Shown: positions 28,616 through 42,127, counted from the whole stretch's first letter. The stretch: 63,570 bases of DNA, filler included, from Octopus bimaculoides (GCF_001194135.2; 4 parts of 4 records of this genome joined end to end with filler, not necessarily neighbours in it), one strand, 5' to 3'. A program made the numbers and translations. The notes: generated by a model not told the origin, from the letters alone.

Positions 28616-29910
28616 ATAGTATATGATGTTATAGTATATGATGTTATAGTATATAGTATATGATGTTATAGTATATGATGGTTGTATAACGAAATACCTT
28701 TCAGGAGTGGCTGAACCCACATGGTTCTGGGTTCAGTCCCATTGCGTAGCACCTTGGAAAAGTTTCTTCTACTATAGCCTCAAGCCGACCAAACTCTTGT
28801 GACTGGATTTGGTAGTTGGAAACTGAAAGAAGCCCGTTGTACACAGACACACACACACACACACACATATATATATGTGTGTTTGTGTGTTCCCGTAACG
28901 TAGCGATTCGGCAAAAGAAGCGATAGAATAAGTATTACAAAGAATAAATCCTGGGGATTGATTTACTCGATTAAAGGCGGTGTTCCAGCATGGCCTCAGT
29001 CAAATGACTGAAACAAGTAAAAGAATAAAAGAAAGTATACATACATGCATAATATATATATGTGTGTGCACATGTGTGCGTTTGTGTGTATGTGAATTTC
29101 TATTTGCGTATGTGTTTTTGTGTCTGTGTCTCTGCGTTTGTGGACCCCCAACGTATGACAAGCAGTGTCGGTTTGCTTAGCCCTCAATAAATTAGTAGTT
29201 CGACAAAATTGACAGAATGGTACCATACTTAAAAGGGACCCAAACAAACAAGTACTGAAGTCGATTTGCCCGTCTAAAAACCCTTCAAGGCAGTGTCCCC
29301 TAACGGGTGCATTCCAGTGAATTCCACAAGTAAAAGATAATGATCGTTAGCTGATTGTCGAAATAGAGTTTATCTATCTGCACATTAATAATCCTTTTCT
29401 ACTATAGGCACAAGACCTAAAATTCTGGGGTGAGGGATAGTCGATTACATCGACTCCAGTACATAACCGGTACTTATTTTATCGATCCCGAAAGGATTAG
29501 AGGCAAAGTCGACTGCAGCGGAATTTGGACTCAGGACGTAAGGACGGAAGAAATGCCGTTGAGCACTTTGCCGTGCGTGCTAACGATTGTGCCAGGTCGT
29601 CGCCTTTAAATAGCTTGTTAAAAATAGCTGATACACACTAAACTCCATATTATCTTTTGTTATAGATGTCTTCGTCAGAATACAAGTTTCGACAAATATA
29701 TAATGTTTATTCTTCTAGAGATACTCTTTTACTTGTTTCAGTCATTTGACTGCGGCCATGCGGGAACACTGCCTTTAGTCGAGCAAATCGATCCCGGGAC
29801 TTATTCTTTGTCAGCCTAGTACTTATTCTATCGGTCAATTTTGCCGAACCTCTAAGTTCCGGGGACGTAAACACACCAGCATCGGTTGTCAAGCGATGTT
29901 GTGGGGACAC

Positions 29911-29964
<54 letters not shown>

Positions 29965-31458
29965 NNNNNNNNNNNNNNNNNNNNNNNNNNNNNNNNNNNN
30001 NNNNNNNNNNNNNNNNNNNNNNNNNNNNNNNNNNNNNNNNNNNNNNNNNNNNNNNNNNNNNNNNNNNNNNNNNNNNNNNNNNNNNNNNNNNNNNNNNNNN
30101 NNNNNNNNNNNNNNNNNNNNNNNNNNNNNNNNNNNNNNNNNNNNNNNNNNNNNNNNNNNNNNNNNNNNNNNNNNNNNNNNNNNNNNNNNNNNNNNNNNNN
30201 NNNNNNNNNNNNNNNNNNNNNNNNNNNNNNNNNNNNNNNNNNNNNNNNNNNNNNNNNNNNNNNNNNNNNNNNNNNNNNNNNNNNNNNNNNNNNNNNNNNN
30301 NNNNNNNNNNNNNNNNNNNNNNNNNNNNNNNNNNNNNNNNNNNNNNNNNNNNNNNNNNNNNNNNNNNNNNNNNNNNNNNNNNNNNNNNNNNNNNNNNNNN
30401 NNNNNNNNNNNNNNNNNNNNNNNNNNNNNNNNNNNNNNNNNNNNNNNNNNNNNNNNNNNNNNNNNNNNNNNNNNNNNNNNNNNNNNNNNNNNNNNNNNNN
30501 NNNNNNNNNNNNNNNNNNNNNNNNNNNNNNNNNNNNNNNNNNNNNNNCTTATAAAAAATTAATTTTATCCTATGTATGGTGATTTTTAAATCACCCTATA
30601 TATGGGTGTGTGTGCGTTTGTGTGTGTGTGTATGTGCTTGTATGTGTGTGTGCGTGTGTGTGTGTGTGTATGTGCTTGTATGTGTGTGTGCGTGCGTGTG
30701 TGTGTGTGTGTGTATGTGCTTTTATGTGTATGTGTATAACAGAAAGAAATTTTGCTTTTATCACTTGAGAAAAGTCTCCTCTTGAAACCTTAATTATCAT
30801 TTCTTACGATAACCTAAAGTTATTTAATGTTTTCCAACAAACGCTCACATAACGCGAGCGATTTTTATGGCACTCTTTTTCCAGAGATAAGTTAGAATTG
30901 CCCACAATAAAGATCTTCACTCCAAATTGAAATGCATCATAATTATAGACTCTGTAGTCTCATTAGCATCTTGATCATCAAAGTATATATACACATACAC
31001 ACACACACACAAATAAATTCATACATGCAAGCATATATTCATAAGTGTGCGAGTTGGTGTATATATGTTTCGTCTTTCATCTTCCATCTTTTATCTTTTA
31101 CTGGCTTCAATCATTAGGCAGAGGCCATACTGGAGACACAGCCACCATGAAGAATTTGCATGGAACGAAATGACCTCAGTAGTTATCTTTTAAAGCCCGA
31201 CAATTATTCTATTGGTCCGTTACGACGAAGCGCTAAGTTACGAAGAAGTAAAGATACCAACATCGGTTAACAAGCGATGTTGGAAGACAAATACAAAGAT
31301 ACACAGACACACAGAGACACACACGCACGTATACACACACATACACGCATACATATACGGTGGTCTTTCTCGTTCTGTGTTTGTGAGTGTATATGAATTT
31401 ATATATATACACATACACACATAATACACGTATATATATGAATATATATATATATATA

Positions 31459-31558
31459 NNNNNNNNNNNNNNNNNNNNNNNNNNNNNNNNNNNNNNNNNN
31501 NNTTAATTAATTAANNNNNNNNNNNNNNNNNNNNNNNNNNNNNNNNNNNNNNNNNNNN
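31459..31558. other. Synthetic assembly spacer 44N-TTAATTAATTAA-44N
   Basis: Exactly 100 bp, the same format three times. The core gives stops in all six frames. Confidence 0.95.
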
Positions 31559-31639
31559 TATGTATGTGTATGTATGTATATATATATATATATGTATGTG
31601 TATGTATGCATATATATATATATATCTCTCAAATGAAAT

Positions 31640-31989
31640 CACAATCAAATGGAAATTGTAGCTGTGCTCCCTGTGCTGGTGGCATGTAAAATGCACCATC
31701 TGAACATGGTCATTGCCAGCCCCCTCGCCCCGACTGAATCCTGTGCTGGTAGCACATAAAAAGCACCATCTGAAAATGGTCGATGCCAGCCCCATTGGCC
31801 CTTGTGCCAGTGGCATGTAAAAAAGCACCCACTACACTCTTGGAGTGGTTGGCATTAGGAAGGGCATCCAGCTGTAGAAACATTGCCAGATCAGACTGGA
31901 GCTTGGTGCAGCTTCCTGGCTTCCCAGACCCCAGTCGAACCGTCCAACCCATGCCAGCATGGAAAACAGACGTTAAATGATGATGATGA

Positions 31990-31991
<2 letters not shown>
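31640..31991 (+). mobile_element. RTE LINE 3' UTR-derived repeat with (GAT)n tail
   Basis: ggaagggcatccagctgtagaaa...aacccatgccagcatggaaaacagacgttaaatgatgatg. Same family at 33350-33731, 47704-47952(-), 52855-53045(-), 61741-61812, 62808-63060(-) and 63415-63525(-). Confidence 0.85.
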
Positions 31992-32028
<37 letters not shown>

Positions 32029-32358
32029 ACACACACACATATAATGCACCTATTTTTACATTAGTCAAATTATTCTATTTTTCTAGATTGTTTTTCCTGT
32101 ACTAATTGTGTGTCATTTATTGATTTATAGTCTTTTATTTGCTCTTTAGTATTCACCAGCATCCCAACCACCACTGTCACCACAACCACTATTGTGATCA
32201 TCAAAAAAATTACTGTTGTTAGAAATAACTATCTGTAAACCACATAAATACAACACTATTTAACAACTAAAAACCAGTCAGAATTTCCTTCACATGCTTA
32301 TATCCCTTGAACTATAAACCATTGACTGTAGCCAAACGTTTCTGTTGTACTTTTCCAG

Positions 32359-32435
32359 TCTCTTACAAGGATTCTTGAGAAGAAGGTTCGGAAATTGCCA
32401 CCCTCCTGCAAAGAAATCTACTGCATTGCACAAAG
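32359..32435 (+). CDS. MyTH4-FERM protein (unconventional myosin tail-like), first visible coding exon: MyTH4 C-terminus SLTRILEKKVRKLPPSCKEIYCIAQ(R)
   Basis: ttttccag acceptor, AG|gttagt donor. The R-x-x-PPS-x-x-E motif matches the MyTH4 end. 77 nt, ends phase 2, joins in frame to the next exon. Confidence 0.85.
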
Positions 32436-33957
32436 GTTAGTGAACTGTCTTTGTTAACTGATTCTTAATTTCTGATACTATGTCAACATAGTCACAGTAG
32501 ATGCTGTTATCATGGCACCAGCACAAGTGAAGATCACTGCATAACTTGCAAGGCTAGGGATATACAAGTGACCTTTATAACCGAGAGAGGCTGCAATGGC
32601 TCTAGGTAGGGTCATAGAGGAATGTAAGTAAAACGAAAGGAACAGATATAGCTTTGTGAGAGGGTTGTGGTGGTGGTGGTGGTGGAGAATGAGTAAAAAG
32701 GAATAGGGTAGTCACTAATGGGGGTGTGCTAGGAACAAGGAAAATGGAAGGGGAGAGTGTCAGTAATTATAGAGAAAAGTAGGCGTCAGGTGGAGTGAAA
32801 AGGTGAAAATGTGGATTGTGTGGGTTGAGAACTAGGGCTATTCTACATTACAGGGACAAGTCTTTGTGGGGGTTGTGAGGAATTTTGCAATAGTCATTAA
32901 AGGAAAGAAAGGTATGGGAGAAGGTGAGAGTGAGGAGAGGAAAAAGGTGTGGTGGGGAGAGAGAGAAGCTGAGAGAGAAAATGAGGGAAAGTGATACCAG
33001 AGAGCACCATGTAGTTAGGGAGAATGAGAATGTTACAAAGCATCATGGGAAGAGGATAGCATGAAAGGGAGGTAAGGGTACTGTGGATGGATGCAGTGAG
33101 GGACAGAAAAACTAAAAGACATGTTAGGACAGATAGTGATACGAAGGTAAGAGGAGGTGTTGGGTGGCAATAGAGGTAGTAACTGAGGAGAGGATGTGAT
33201 GTCCGGTAGTTGAATGGGACTAGTACAACTAATGAGATCGTAGGCTGTGAGTGATGGAGCGTGGAGAGAGGATGTAATGTGATGAAGCAGTAAGGTGAGC
33301 TTGACAGTGAGCATATATATATATATATGAGCAGCTGTCTGGCTTCCATGCTATTGGTCTGTAAATAGCACCATTTGAGCGTAATTGTTACCAGCGTTGG
33401 CTTCTAGCACTTGTGATGGTGGCACGTTAGAAAATTATTCGAGGGAGGCCGTTGCCAGTGCCGCTGGACTGGCTCCTGTGCAGGTGGCACGTAAAAAACA
33501 CCTTTTTGAGCGTGGCCGTTGCCAGTACTGTGTGACTGGCCGTCGTGCCGGTGGCATGTAAAAGCACCCACAACACTCTCGGAGTGGTTGGCGTTAGGAA
33601 GGGCATCCAGCTGTAGAAACTCTGCCAAATCAGATTGGAGCTTGGTGTAGCCATCTGGTTCACCAGTCCTCAGTCAAATCGTCCAACCCATGCTAGCATG
33701 GAAAGCGGACGTTAAATGATGATGATGATGAAATATATCTATATGTCTGTGTGTGTGTATGCATGTTTAAATTTTGTTAAATCTAGCAGTTTTTTTTTAT
33801 ATCTGCCCACTTACAGCTGTTGATAACTAATACTCAAATACATAGTAATTATAAAGAGTAATCATGCAAAATGCCATATGAATATGAACATGGCAGCTTA
33901 AAGCCAATGTGGGGTGCAGAAATGTACGTCATGACTTCCATCTTCAAGTTGTTGTTG

Positions 33958-33998
<41 letters not shown>

Positions 33999-34230
33999 GT
34001 TATTGTTATTGTTATTGTTGTTGTTGTTGTTATTATTATCACTATATACATTGACGCAGATTTTCTATGGCTGGATGCCCTTCCTGTCATCAACTCTCAC
34101 CTGTTCCTAGCAAGGAAATATTTCTTTATGGCTATACATGGGCTAGACATGTTTTCAACAGAAACTGGAAATGAATGACACTTATGTCAACATAATGGCA
34201 CACACACAAACATATATAGAAAGAGAGTTT

Positions 34231-34289
<59 letters not shown>

Positions 34290-34583
34290 GTATATATGTG
34301 TGTGTGTGTGCAGAGAGAAAGAAAGAGAGAGAACGAGGGGAATTTCATTTACAAAATTCAGTCACATGGTATTGGTCGGCTTCAGGCTATAGTACAAAGC
34401 ACTTGTTCAAGGTGCCTTAAAGTGCAACCGAATCTTACCACATGGTTGTGAAGCAAGCTTCCTAACCACACACCTGTGTCTATACCTAAAAGACAGAAAA
34501 CTAAAATCATCTTAATATATTTAAAATGCCTTTGTATTTACAAAAAATAATATTTCTTTCTTTCTTTCCTTCTCTAATCCCAG

Positions 34584-34665
34584 GAAACCAATTACTGAAC
34601 GTATCTACTTCCTTAATGGAGAACAAAGAATGGTAGAATTTGATTCAGCCGCCACGTGTGGAGAA
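34584..34665 (+). CDS. MyTH4-FERM exon: (R)KPITERIYFLNGEQRMVEFDSAATCGE, start of FERM F1 lobe
   Basis: cccag acceptor, GAA|gtgagt donor, 82 nt, phase 2 to 0. Resembles myosin VII KPIMLPVTFMDG...DSATTAKE. Confidence 0.93.
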
Positions 34666-34978
34666 GTGAGTATTTGTTGGAGTTGAGATGAATGATACTA
34701 CTTCAGCTGTTTGTTTTGGCATATCAATTAGATTGTCATTTGCTGAGTCATTTGACTAAAAACAGAAACAAAAAAGGAAAATGAAAAATGATAATGACTT
34801 AATTCTCTTTTCTCACCTAAATATAGTTTTATACTTTCTGTTGTCATGTAGTTCTTGTTTCAACTGGTTTGAGAGTGTGAATCAACTGAGTTACTTGATT
34901 GTTTTTTTGTTTTTTTTTCCGTTTTCCTTTTTTGTAATCAAAGTCATCTTGTTTTTCTTGTTAACTCCAAGATTTAGG

Positions 34979-35545
34979 ATATCATCATCATCATCATCAT
35001 CATCGTTTAACGTCCGCTTTCCATGCTAGCATGGGTTGGACGATTTGACTGAGGACTGGTGAAACCGGATGGCAACACCAGGCTCCAGTCTGATTTGGCA
35101 GAGTTTCTACAGCTGGATGCCCTTCCTAACGCCAACCACTCAGAGAGTGTAGTGGGTGCTTTTACGTGTCACCCGCACGAAAACGGCCACGCTCGAAATG
35201 GTGTCTTTTATGTGCCACCTGCNNNNNNNNNNCACCCGCACAAGAACCAGTCCAGGGGCACTGGCAACGATCTTACTTGGCTTGCCGGGTCTTCTCACGC
35301 ACAGCCCATTTCCAAAGGTCTCGGTCCGTAGTCATCGCCTCGGTGAGGCCCAATGTACGAAGGTCTTGCCTCACCACCTCAGCCCAGGTCTTCCTGGGCC
35401 TACCTCTTCCACGGGTTCCCTCAACTGTTAGGGTGTGGCACTTTTTCACGCAGCTATCCTCCTCCATTCTCACCACATGTCCATACCAGCGCAATCGTCT
35501 CTCTTGCACGCCACAACTGATGCTTCTAATGTTCAGCTTTTCGAT
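34979..35545 (-). mobile_element. 5'-truncated RTE LINE (RT C-terminus, 3' UTR, (GAT)n tail)
   Basis: ORF 35273-35509: RRLRWYGHVVRM...GRGRPRKTW...DRDLWK, typical RTE C-terminus. Confidence 0.92.
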
Positions 35546-35827
35546 ATAAATACAATAATCCCTGCTTTAAAAACATAAGGAGTTAGTATTTACTGTGGGA
35601 GAGGGTTGATTTTCTTAACACCACATTACCAATAACTTTCAGGTATTTGAGATCTGAAAGACAGGAAACAAAATTTATAAATATTGTTGGGTCTTGGGAG
35701 GTCATTACATCAATGATAATAGACATACACACTCACATACACATACACACTGGTTCAATGTCACTTCTTTTATTGTCAATCAATTGGTTAAATATCTAAC
35801 CAACTAACTAATTGATTGTTTGTTTAA

Positions 35828-36048
35828 CCCTTTTGTTACCATATTTCTGTTGAGATACCCATGTTTCTTTCAATTATTTTTAGATATAACAAAGAATTTA
35901 GTAAAATAACTTAGTTATCATTCAGCTAGTGTTAGGAACATAAATTGTGACTAAGGTTTGGTGGAAGATTTTAATTCAAAACTTTTGAAAACTAGATATT
36001 TATACTACAGAGCCATAGGCAGTTTCGACCGGGTTGGTATCAAAAGGG
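35828..36048. mobile_element. piggyBac-like MITE
   Basis: TIRs cccttttgttacca / tggtatcaaaaggg, TTAA at 35824-27 and 36049-52. Confidence 0.88.
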
Positions 36049-36215
36049 TTAATGTGCTGGTTAAACAATCAATTGGTTGTTTGTTTGCTAAAGTCCTTTC
36101 ATCACCATTTGCGCCTCATTAATGACATGCTTTCTTTGTTCAAGGTCTGTCTTCTCTATGTATGTCTGTTGTCATTATCTACCAGTTTTGTAACAAATAT
36201 TTATCTTTATTATAC

Positions 36216-36568
36216 TGTAGTGGCGCAAAATTATAGCCGCCATTGAGGAAGTACTATTCTGCGCATGCGCAGGGGACTTCACCACCTGAAGCCCCTCGAG
36301 TTGCGCATGCGTAGTAAAACGTGTACTTAAACAGTTAGTTTCACTTTGTCAGCGAGTTGAGCCTGAGACCTTCGACGTGACAACACCTCGCTCCTCCACG
36401 AACCACTCTTCACCTCGATGCCTTCGATGGTGATAGCTACTTGCTTCTCTGGCAGGAATCAAGGAAGCCCTTAACCTTCCAATACCAAACTACAACTTAA
36501 TCAGCGGCTGCTAAGCTGAATGACAGGAATTGTGAAACCAAGCATCATCATAAATAAAACCTTTTACA
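36216..36568 (+). mobile_element. Solo LTR (Gypsy-like), 353 bp
   Basis: TGTA...TACA ends, 4-bp TSD ATAC (36212-15 and 36569-72), AATAAA at 36553-58, CpG-rich. Confidence 0.75.
36260..36313. promoter_or_regulatory. Two NRF1-type palindromes TGCGCATGCGCA and TGCGCATGCGTA
   Basis: Exact motif at 36260-71 and a one-mismatch copy at 36302-13, inside the solo LTR. Confidence 0.45.
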
Positions 36569-37532
36569 ATACCAAACAACTTAAAATATATGCTTACAAT
36601 GAATTTTGTTTTTTATCTCTGATGATTAGTTTTAAATTTAAAAAAATTTTCATTCTGTACTTGTTGTAAGTACAGTGTTGGGACCCATGATCAAGGTATT
36701 TATTTAATTGGTGCAATTAGTTGGAAATAGGTTAGGTTGTGGCTTTAATTAACAAATTTTATGCTTGTTTATAAAGGGTTTTGTTAATTTGCAATTCCAA
36801 ACTCAAATCTTAGTTACATTATATTTTGGAGAGGCATTTTTTTTAAGTTAAAAAGGTTAATAACAACGAGTTAATTACCCATTGATCTGAGGTGGGGTGT
36901 ATAATTATAGGAAAAAATCAAGCAATTAATACAGTTGATTGCACTGGAGCAAAAATGTCAGAGAACTACATATGAAATACATAATAATATCTAAATCATT
37001 GTTATAATTGTACAGACAGAGCCAAGTGGTGAAAAAGATTGCTATGCAATCATGAAGTCATTAGTTCAATCTCACTATTGGGTATATCATCTTTTAACAT
37101 GGTTTTGAGTGGTTGTATTTCTTCTTAAATATTTCAAGACTGGAATCTTCAGAATTCTTTATTTATGAAGGATTATCTTTAAAATTTTAAACGTTAATTA
37201 TTAGGTATAATTCTGCTTCTCCCCATAAACACATTTCACATTTAATAGTCTATTGCTGGGATTGAAGCAAAAAATTCAGACTGTGCAATTTTTTACACTG
37301 TGATTTTAAAAAAGAAATTTCAAAATTTAAAAAAAAATAAGTTTAAAATAATTTTTCTAAATTTAAAAAGAATTTTTTTTTTTCGTAGCTATATGAATTT
37401 CTGTATGTAAAATACAAATTTGCTAAAATTTTCTGAAAATTCCTCAAAATAAAAGAAGATATGAGGGGTTATATGGAGTGCTTAAAGCAGAATTCTGCCA
37501 ATTATTATTTCTAACATTATAATTATTTACAG

Positions 37533-37614
37533 ATAATAAAAACAGTTAAAGCTAAGATTGGTATGCGGTCTGATGCTGAATGTTTTGCTCTTTATGAATA
37601 TATTGGCACAACAG
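37533..37614 (+). CDS. MyTH4-FERM exon: IIKTVKAKIGMRSDAECFALYEYIGTT(E)
   Basis: ttacag acceptor, G|gtaagc donor, 82 nt, phase 0 to 1. FALYE motif of FERM F1. Confidence 0.93.
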
Positions 37615-38352
37615 GTAAGCAGTCTTGTGTGTCTCTCTACACACAGATTTTTATCTTTTATATTTTACTTGTTTCAGTTGTGAGACCGTGACCATTCTGG
37701 GGCACTGCCTTGAAGAATTTTTTTTTTGAAGAATTAGTTGAATGAATCGACCTCAGTACTTTTTCTTTTTCTTAAGCCTGGCTCTTATTCTGTCAGTCTC
37801 TTTTGCCAAACTGCTAAGTTACAGGAATGCAAACACACCAACAACGGTTACCAAGTGGTGGTGGGGGACAAACACAGACACAAAGTCACACACACATGAT
37901 GAGCTTCTTTCAGTTACTGTCTATGAAACACACCCACAAGGCTTTGGTGGGCTCAAGGATATAGTAGAAGACACTTGCCCAAGGTACCATGCAGTGGGGC
38001 TTAGCTCAGAACCATGTGGTTGAGAAGCAACCTTCTTACCACACAGCCATGCCTGCACCTATTCATTGATAATTTGTATACTCTTTAGAGTAAATTTCTT
38101 ACAATCATCATCATCATTGTCGTTATCATCATCAATAACAGCAGCAGTATCATCTTATATCTTTTTTATATTAGCTTCTTTTAGATTACTATTTTGTTTT
38201 ATTTCTCTTCTTTAAGGTTAGTATCTGTTTGAAATCTCATAAAATGTTGAAGAAATATTTCATAAACATCCCCAGACTTTTTGTTTAAGTGGGTTCTTGT
38301 AGGAAAAATTGAGCTAACTGGTTCTTATAGCCTTTTTCACTTTATATGGATC

Positions 38353-38864
38353 ATGTGACATGGAAGCTGTGTGACAGGGAAGTTTTGTGACAGACCCTAT
38401 GACATGAACACTGTATGATAGGCCATGTGATAGGGAAGCTTTCTGACAGACCCAGTGACAACAAAACTGCGATAGATCGTGTTACAAGGAAGTTGTGTGA
38501 TAGATCCTGTGACAGGGAAGCTTTGTCGTAGACTCTGTGACATGGAAGATTTGTGACACCAAGTGACAGACCCTGTGATATGAAAACTTTGTGATGCTAT
38601 GTCACAGGGAAGATGTGTGACAGATCCTTTGACATAGAATCTTTGTAACAGACTGTGACTTGGAAGCTGTGTGATAGACCATGTAACAGGGAAGCTGTGT
38701 GACAGTCCATGTGACACAGAAACTTTGTGACAGTTCATGTAAAATGGGAGCTCTGAGGCACCATGTGACATGGAAGATGTATGACAGACCATATGACATG
38801 GAAGCTTTTTGACAGGGAGATTTTATGACAGACTCTGTATGAGAGTAGCTTTGTGACAGACCAT
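38353..38864. repeat. Diverged ~28-bp minisatellite (CCATGTGACAGGGAAGCTTTGTGACAGA), about 18 units, intronic
   Basis: Recurring gtgacag/ggaagct blocks with ~14-bp half-periodicity. Confidence 0.9.
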
Positions 38865-39337
38865 ATTAACGCATGGAATTATTCAATCAAAATAGTATAA
38901 CAAAATACATAAAACAAGCCTCATTAAATATTAAGATTTAGCCCAGTATTGATGTTTCAGAATGGTAAATTTAATAAAACTAGAGCCACAACTGGCTGAG
39001 TGCTTACTTGTTAACCAATCTACTTGCTAAATAATTAATATAGTGAAAACTAGGATCAAATGAAATTAACTATAATAGTTTATATCCTGTTACCAGTTCC
39101 TACTGGGACATCGTCTGAGACACTTTATCTTGTCAATGCTATCCACTTATTTTGTCAATCCTATATAAATATATATCCACAGATTTAAACAGCCAATAGA
39201 TTGTATAATCAATAAGTATTCTGTTATATCACAGTGCTGAACTTAAATAATTTCACGGGCAAAACCTAATTATTGACCAGTGCTTTATCTAAACGAGATG
39301 TCTATTAACTGTTATGTAACATTTGTTATCTTTCCAG

Positions 39338-39438
39338 AACGAAATATGTCTTCAGAGGAGCGACTTTCAGACACTGTCAGTAAATGGGAACGACTTATCA
39401 AAACTAGTGCTAGCAGAGATCCCAAATTAGTGTTCAAG
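39338..39438 (+). CDS. MyTH4-FERM exon: (E)RNMSSEERLSDTVSKWERLIKTSASRDPKLVFK
   Basis: tttccag acceptor, AAG|gttggt donor, 101 nt, phase 1 to 0. D-x-x-SKWE and LVFK motifs of FERM F1. Confidence 0.93.
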
Positions 39439-40088
39439 GTTGGTAATTTTTGAAAAAGATTTTCTTAACGCATAATCTTAAATGCAAGTAAATCTCTATT
39501 TTGCCTACTGTTGTAGCAATAAAGTGTGTGTAGTGTTATGTGTGTATTCACAAATATTGTAAGATATTCAGATTCATATCACTTAAGGGTCATATTATTG
39601 AAGTAATTTGTCTATTTTTAATTCATCCTTGACCTACATTTACCATAACTGTTTTGCTTTAGAATACATTGAAATTTTAGATGAGTATTGTTAAAAATTC
39701 TTTAAAAGAATTATATATGTGCTAGCACATTGCTCACTGTTTTATGAATAGCATAAAAAATATTGTTTCATGAAAATAAGGATTTATATCCAAAAAAAGA
39801 AAGGAAAGAAAAATTTCACATATTAGTAAAATGACATTTTTATTATTTGTATACAACTATATAAAGTTATTATTTAGGGCTCTGATGCTGTACTGAAAAG
39901 GTCCCCTATCCTTCTTCTCACCAACATATAACTAATTTATTTTAATTCTGGGCTTCCTAGTTCTTAGTGCAGCACCCATGGCACCTACCTTAAGACAACA
40001 ATGGTTATGACACACCACATGTATGAGACATCTGAATTTAGTGAAGGCCATTTCTCACCAGATCTAACTACAGCAATTTCTTCCACAT

Positions 40089-40161
<73 letters not shown>

Positions 40162-40214
40162 GAGTGAATACCATAATGTATTTTATCCAATGCGCTAATG
40201 ATGTAATATATATA

Positions 40215-41890
40215 TATATTAATAGTAATAGTATGACAACAAAAGAATGAATGAAACCTCGATATTATGTAAATAGAGGAATTTATCTGTAATATAACAT
40301 GTGACAATTATTCGGTTGCCATAATAAAACTCCAAGTTTTGGATGTTAGGGCGGAAATCTATTCCGGCATCTCTTCAGTTATGAAGACAAACAAAACTGC
40401 TATGGAAATGATTGTTAAACAAAAGGAAATTACTATGTAAATGACCATTATTAAGACAAACAAAAGAGCTATTAGAATGACCATTAAATAAAGGGAAAAA
40501 ATCCAAAGGGGAGAAAGTAGAAAATGCTCATAGAATTCGTGTATGCACTCATGTACATTCACACACATGCGTGCATGCACACCCACATACATTTGCCTTT
40601 ATGCATATGCTCACTCACACTCATGTGAAATACGTACATGCACACCCACACATATGCATATATGTGCACAAATATATGCAACCATACACATGTACACATA
40701 TACATATCCGCATACATGCACACACACACACACATACACGTACATATACATGTACATGCACAATTATATTCATATACATGTCTAAATATGTATATGCTAT
40801 ATATGCATATGCTCACTCACACTTGCGTGAAACAAATGCATGCACACCCACACATACACCTATATGTATACATATATATGCAACCATACACATGTACACA
40901 CATGCACACACACACGTATATATACCCATACGTGCACAAATATGTTCATATACATGTCTATATATGCATATAGAGAAAAAAATGCAGGGTGAAAGGTAAT
41001 ATACTGAAGAAATATGAAAAAATATATAAAGCAATAAAAGTATATAAAAATATGTAAAATATGTAAAAAAAATATATATAAAAAAAAAAAAATAGAGAGA
41101 GATAAAATGCTTGTGCATGGACACAATATAAAAAGCAGGTTCTATCTGTGATCTTGTGGGAACCAGAAACGTAATAAATATTTAGTCATATGTGGACATG
41201 ATCCAAAAAGTTCAGTTCTTGAATTTAGACATGTAGCGGGGTCTAAGCTGCTTTTCCAGATGAGCNNNNNNNNNNGGGGTCTAAGCTGCTTTTCCAGATG
41301 AGCCATCTTTCCATATCGCAAAGACCACACTTTCCACTGCCATTGGTGTAAGGCTTACACTTGGCTAGGATCTTCCAATGGATGTTGTAATCGACACCTT
41401 TTTCTTTTAAGGACCATATATGACTGGATAATTTGGTTGTTTATCTTTTATCCCAGTGCCTGAAGCTCAAGGTGTGATTGTTGAACCTGGCTTTGAAATT
41501 CTCCTCTGTGAGATCCACATATTTCTTTGACAAAATTATGTCCTTAGTGGTTGTAAAGTCTACGGTGGCTTCATAAATGATGGTCTCGGACATGCAAGCT
41601 CCATTTAACAGGCACAAATATTTATTCCTGCATGAACAACTGGTTTCATTTTGTTGTTTTTGTGTGTTGTGTGCGATTATATTTTTAAAATATTTAATGG
41701 TCATTCTAATAGCTCTTTTGTTTGTCTTAATAACGGTCATTTACATAGTAATTTCCCTTAGCTTAATGACCATTTTCATAGCATTTTTGCTTGTCTTAGT
41801 AACTGATTAGATACCAGAGCAGATTTCTGCCCTGACATCCGAAACTCAAAGTTTTATTATGGCAATCGAATAATTGTCACATATTATATA
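40215..41890 (-). mobile_element. 5'-truncated Penelope-like element with inverted terminal copy and hammerhead motifs
   Basis: GIY-YIG C-terminus (CSCRNKYLCLLNGAC...IIYEATV...FKARFNNH...CGLC...LNSRTELFGSCPH) on the minus strand at 41150-41690. About 200-bp inverted repeat 40290-40490 / 41691-41890. Confidence 0.88.
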
Positions 41891-42127
41891 NNNNNNNNNN
41901 GAGTGATAAATGTGTTGACTGATAAAATGCAATGAAACCAGACAGAACACTGATGTTTGTATAATGCGTGTGTGTGTGTGTGTGTGTGCATGTGCATATG
42001 CATGTGTGTATGCATGTGTGTATGCATGTGTGAGACATACTGACTGATTCAGTCGTTGTTGTTGTTATCATCATTATTATTATTATTATAGATTTCTTTT
42101 GATGTAATTTGTTGTTCTTTCTTTCAG

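Noticed and set aside
29655-29700. GAAA and CTGACGA on the minus strand in permuted order
   Set aside because: Helices I and III cannot form.
32600-33310. Purine-rich tract with minus-strand ORFs of 150 and 93 aa (similar tract at 49580-49900)
   Set aside because: Biased composition and no motifs; probably an old repeat that I cannot classify.
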